A program made the position numbers and the translations under genes. Below the pieces are notes generated by a model, which saw nothing but the letters and a program-made list of their open reading frames with translations, searched no databases and was not told the DNA's origin. A stretch of DNA of 54,960 nt, the filler included, from Jimgerdemannia flammicorona (taxonomy: Eukaryota), in assembly GCA_003990765.1 (NCBI GenBank). It is 2 parts of 2 records of this genome, joined end to end, with 100 filler letters (N's around TTAATTAATTAA, not from the genome) between each part and the next. Parts side by side here need not be neighbours in the genome. Positions count along the whole stretch, not along the records: positions 27,532 to 54,960 come from RBNJ01000629.1; 1 more part is not named here. One strand, written 5' to 3'. Below are positions 50,346-54,960 of the stretch, piece by piece (the first letter of the stretch is position 1; each line of letters opens with the position of its first letter).

Positions 50346-50487
50346 ACCCTGCTGACTGCTGCTCACTTGGGTCACAAACTCCAGATCAAGTCTTCAGGGT
50401 TTTTTACCTTTTTATTATTTTTGAAAGGTATTAAATATTCCACAAGGTCAACCAACTTATCTGCGAATCCCCAGAACCCACTGAATT

Positions 50488-53400
50488 TTAGCGACCTGAG
50501 CCCCACCAAGACTTCAGATATATATACACCCAGATTGTCTCAGTGTTCAGTGCACACCTCTTTGGGGCAATGAGGTCCACCCTACCTGAGAACACCCACT
50601 CGATGGGAGGGCTGGAGGCAGGAATCACCAGGTAGTCCTGAGCTATGCCACACAGGCTGAGGAAGTCTGTTTGATGCAGCTGCATGCCTCAGTAAGTAGA
50701 GCGGTGGGTAGAGTGGTGGTTAGATTGGTGGGTTAAATTGGCCCAACACCCACCTGACAACCCACCTTCTACCAGTTGAGCACCCTGTACCCTCCAGCAG
50801 GATCATGTGGTTACTGGTGAGGAAAATGGTAAGTTCGTCTATTGACAGCAGCTCTTCCACTGATGGCTCCCTCTTCCTCTTTCTGCTGAAGTAAATATGG
50901 GACAGGAGGGATCCCTTGGTATATTTGTCCAGACTTTAGCTGGAACCTTACAGTGGTGCATAGTTTTTCCAGTACACTTCAATTATGGCCTGCTTGGTTC
51001 TCTCAATGAAGTGCTACTCTCAGCCCTGATATTTATGGTATTGTAGCTTTAAGCATGGGTCTAGCACTGTTCAAAGGAGAGGAGAGAGTGAGTTTTTGTT
51101 GGAGTTTCTCTATTTTGAAAGGGACAATAGCCACATGCTGATATTGATACACCTATACTAATTGAGTATATGGCAGTATCTGTTTGGGAGTAGTACTTTC
51201 TGAGCTTGCTAAGAGCAATCTCCACAGCATCTCTCTGATCCAGGCTCAACCATAAATCACCACAACCCTCTAGCCTATCCTCGAGCTTGTCCTCTAGCTG
51301 GTCAATCAGAAGGTTGTATACTGGTATTGCCAAGCTTATTATTGGGGTTATTTGTTTGACTATATCCTTTGTACAATCATCAAAACACTGGTAATTATAT
51401 TTGATGAGGTGTTGCATTGTACAGAGGCAGACAAAATAAGTACAGAGGCTGACAAAATGAGTGTAGAGCCAGAGCAATCACCACTTACTTCCAAAACTCT
51501 GATAACATTCCTAAGTATATCCCACTCACTTTCACCTAGAGCCTCAGCCCATATTTCCTTGTTGGCAGCCACTGTTGAATCTATTGACTTTTTTTGTTTT
51601 TTTTTTTTTTTTAAAATAAATCTTCAATCATCTGAAACAAGTTGCTTCAGCCAATTGAAGAAAAAAAGGATGCATATCACAGCAAACTCCAGTACATGCT
51701 GGATCATTGCAAATGTTGAGTTTCAATATATACAAATGTCTAATATAAGCTCTTTTGGGGCTAAACTGATTGCCCTACACTGTGTAGTAAATTTGTCTTG
51801 TTATTGTGGGAATGATCAGACTGACACAACCAGGTTGTGCAGCTTGAAAATTATACTCAGGGCCCCTCTTCTCTTGGATGTTTTGTCTATATGCATAAGA
51901 TAGTCCTAAACAGCAAGGTTCAGTATGTGGGCCTGATATCATATATGGTAGCTTTCTGTACTAAAGGCCACATTTTCCTGTTTGAGGCTGGCCACTAAAA
52001 CTTTGAAAAATGTTGAGTTGTTTGTGGTATTGTCCATTGTAATGACCAAAATCTGTACTTGAAATATTCAGTCAGTGAATTTATGTGAAAATAAATAACC
52101 AATAAAATCTGGTTTAGTTTAGGACCTCCCTCAAAACACTGACCTCATGGCAAGCCCCCCTTTTTTACCTTGGTTGTAATCCCAAGCTCCCAGATACAAC
52201 TAATAAAAATATCTGTGATGTTGTCTCCAGAATAAGGGCCAGCAAGTTTGATGAAGTCAAGGGTGAGAGATTTAAGCTGCCAATTGAGGTCAATCCAATA
52301 ACCAGTAATACCCAGAAATGAAATTGCATTGGGAGATATCCATGTGTCGATTGTAAATGAAATTTTGCCTGCCAAATTCTGCTTATTGAATATGAGGTTA
52401 AATTGGTGAGCTCTTTTATATAATTCAGCTTACAAAGGTCATGGTGCTGCCCTTATTTTATCTGAAGTATCTGGTGGAGATTGTCATACTCCTTCCTATA
52501 GGCCTCCAGGATATCTTTGCAAATAGTATCAGTACTTAGCAAATATAAATCATGCTTGAGGAGATCAAAGATACATACTATGTAATTGATCACTCTCAAT
52601 GGTTGTGAATGGCTGGTCTAGTGCTCCCAATGAATTGAATTGAATCGAATTTGGCCCAAACTCGATTCGATTCGATTGAATCAAGGGTCCAATTCAATTT
52701 GATTCGAATCGAATCAAAGGTCCAATTCAATTCAAAGTTCAATTCGAACCTTAATTTTCAAAATGTAATAACTCGATGAAACCTCATCCAAATTTAACGT
52801 ATTTTAGCTTGTTAGATTTACCATATTAATGTGATTCTAACAAGCTAAAGTACATTAGATTTGGATGAGTTTATGCTGAGTTATTGCATTTTGAAATTTA
52901 GGGTTCGAATCAGACCCTCAATTCAATTTGACTTTTGATTCAATTCAAATTGATTCAAATTGAAAAATCCCCAATTCAATTTGACTTGTTTAACCCTCAA
53001 TTCGATTTGATTCGAATTGATTCAACTCATTTGGGAGTACTAGGCTGGTCTGTATACACAATCCAGTAAATGAGCTGATTTCGAAATTCTGCTGAAGAGT
53101 ATGGCTAAATATTTTTGATTAAATAGTGTTGTTGGTACAGAAATGGTTGGGCAATTGGATAAATGTACCCACCACAGTTTGGATGTCGATTTTATTTGTC
53201 TCTGTGTTCTTTTCGATTTTATCAGAGTACTTGTCTTTTATGTATCAATTCATGTTTGAAGTCATACTCCCAAGCATTTTGAACTTCTGGCTGGTATAGT
53301 TTATGGGGGTGGATGAAACAATATCATGTGTGTGTCAAAACAAACAAAAAGTATCAATAGGTGCATCTTAATTTTTTACCTGCAATAATTACAAACAACA

Positions 53401-53531
53401 TCATCTTCTATCTTAGTACAATATTGCCAGATTTTGAAGTGAGGATTGTGTGGAAGGTGTGGAACTATCAGGGATGTTTGACTTGAAGCATCATCAGTAC
53501 TGTGAACTGTTGAAGATTGATCTGTTGACAT
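50488..53531 (-). pseudogene. Intron-containing hAT transposase (BED zinc finger, DDE core, C-terminal dimerisation domain)
   Basis: IWQYC...VVCNYC, ISFTIDTW, ITMDNTTNN, QAHILNLAV, NSTFAM and AQDYLVIPASSPPIEWVFS. Confidence 0.93.
52619..53042. mobile_element. hAT-derived fold-back MITE, type A, inserted in the hAT transposase
   Basis: Same TIRs, 8-bp TSD GGCTGGTC, homologous to 33020-33374. Confidence 0.96.
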
Positions 53532-53635
53532 GTGTGTTTGTATGTTTGTGTGTACATGTGTATACATATATGTATATTGTGTATATATGTGTATATATTA
53601 TATTGTAGACATATCTGGTATATGAGTCATATAGA

Positions 53636-53950
53636 GGATTTGGATTGGAGGATTCAGTTGAAGGATTCAGATGAGGATTTGGATTGAAGAATTCAAATTG
53701 GAGAATTCAAATTAGAGGATTTGAATTGGAGGATTCAGATTGAGTGATTCAGATTGAGTGATTTGGATTGAGTAATTCAGATTGAGTGATTCAAATTGAG
53801 TAATTCAGATTGGAGTGGTTTGGATAGGTGATTCAGATGGGGTGATTCAGATGGGGTGATTTAGATTAATCTGAGTTGATTCAGATGGCTTCGAATTTGA
53901 GATTCAGATCAAATCATTATGTGACAAATTGAATCCAGATTTAATTTGAA
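53636..53950. repeat. hAT 5' subterminal array of about 15-bp GATTCAGATTGAGT-type units
   Basis: Repeats are directly visible. Related short motifs occur at the other end and in all the MITEs. Confidence 0.8.
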
Positions 53951-54163
53951 TTAACTCATTTGGAGCACTAACTATGGTATATGCCTAAAGATCTGATGAA
54001 TCTTCTTGGCTGTCCTTATTTCATGTAGATCCATGAGAGTGACATCTTATAACTCTTGAGGGCTGGTCTGAGGGAATTTCCAGCAGAGGAGGTTTCCTAT
54101 TTTATATTCTTACCACATCTGAAGGCATTCAGTAGCAATGGTAATTCTTATTTCCATCTTACA

Positions 54164-54921
54164 GACCAGCTTGCGGTCCATGTCAAGTAGCATGATCAGC
54201 CTCCAGTTCTTCTAATCTTCCCATCTCCCCTTATTCTTATAGAGTAAGGAGACCAACCTCAGGCACTGGCCCCCAATCCAAGTTCCAGACTGAAGAACCT
54301 CCCTGCACATATCTGCCATTTCCTCCAACACCATACCCACCCCAGCCATCTTCTTCCAGAAGTCCCAGGGGAGTCCATCCTCCTCTGGCACTATCCTCTT
54401 GCTGATTGTAGCCAGGACCCTGCCAATTTCCTCTCGGCTTACAGGGTCTCCCAAATTCCCCAGGCCCATCATGGGGTCTGGATGCCAATCTCCCAGCTGC
54501 CTTTCAATGTCCAAGGCATCCTCTCTGTCCTCCTCTTCACTCCATAGACCCTCTCAATGGGTTCATAGCAATTCAAGAATCACCGGCATCCCCACCACTA
54601 GCTCCCCATCCACATCCAGGACTCCTTCCCACTGCTGCTTCATTCGTCATACCTGAAGCATCCATGAAAGAAACCTAGTAGGCCTCTCCCCCTCCTCAAG
54701 CCCTTGCCACCATAACTGTATCACCATCCCCTGCAGCCTCAGCTCCTCCTCCCAATGTAGCACTTCTTTAAGCTCCACAACTTCCTTCTGGATCCTCACA
54801 ATATGCCAGTCAGTCACCTCCCAATCTTCCAGCATACCCATCCATCGCTCCATGAGTGTCACCAAATACTGTGATGCCCATAATACCCTTCACTATCTTT
54901 GGACACCCCTTCCTTTTTCTG

Positions 54922-54925
<4 letters not shown>
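54164..54925 (-). pseudogene. LINE ORF2 fragment (start of RT), related to the 27.5-33.6 kb LINE; followed by poly-T to the window end
   Basis: EDGLPWDFWKKM, LVSLLYKNKG, NWRLIMLLDMDRKL and LEEGERPTRF. Poly-T at 54926-54960. Confidence 0.9.

Positions 54926-54960
<35 letters not shown>

Larger units (their letters stand above)
47568..53970 (-). mobile_element. hAT DNA transposon, 6.4 kb, decayed autonomous-type copy
   Basis: TIR TAGTGCTCCAAATGA at both ends, 8-bp TSD ACTATAGT/ACTATGGT, subterminal GATTC/GAATC arrays. Confidence 0.95.
46619..54163 (-). mobile_element. Family-2 LTR, 5'-truncated, split by the hAT element (46619-47567 and 53971-54163)
   Basis: Homologous to 17374-18515. LTR-ORF sequence resumes exactly after the hAT TSD. 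Confidence 0.92.

Noticed and set aside
51352..51903. 183-aa plus-strand ORF
   Set aside because: Antisense to the hAT transposase and runs through an intronic poly-T tract.

Overview
Eukaryotic, almost certainly fungal, transposon graveyard. It holds one intact host gene, a 4-exon short-chain dehydrogenase/reductase (21498-22727, minus strand). Nested elements: (1) a decayed Ty1/Copia interrupted by a full-length Ty3/Gypsy 'family 1' (1659-12171, LTRs about 1.45 kb); (2) a second full-length Gypsy 'family 2' (35334-45282) with further LTR copies at 16225, 17374-18922 and 46619-54163; (3) a heavily mutated family-1 copy (23794-26968); (4) L1/Tx1-type LINEs; (5) a 6.4 kb hAT transposon and four fold-back hAT MITEs with 8-bp TSDs. 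A 100-bp artificial scaffold spacer lies at 27432-27531. Both Gypsy families carry a dUTPase between protease and RT and place integrase in a different frame from RT-RNase H. Both also encode a related, unrecognised accessory protein. In family 1 it follows integrase. In family 2 it sits entirely inside the LTR, is intact (285 aa) in one LTR copy, and there accompanies a CpG island spared from hypermutation, a double-CRE palindrome and a 35-bp palindromic repeat array. Repeats show pervasive C>T/G>A hypermutation that appears to spare YCGR contexts. Everything was read by eye with no database search; boundaries of decayed relics are approximate.
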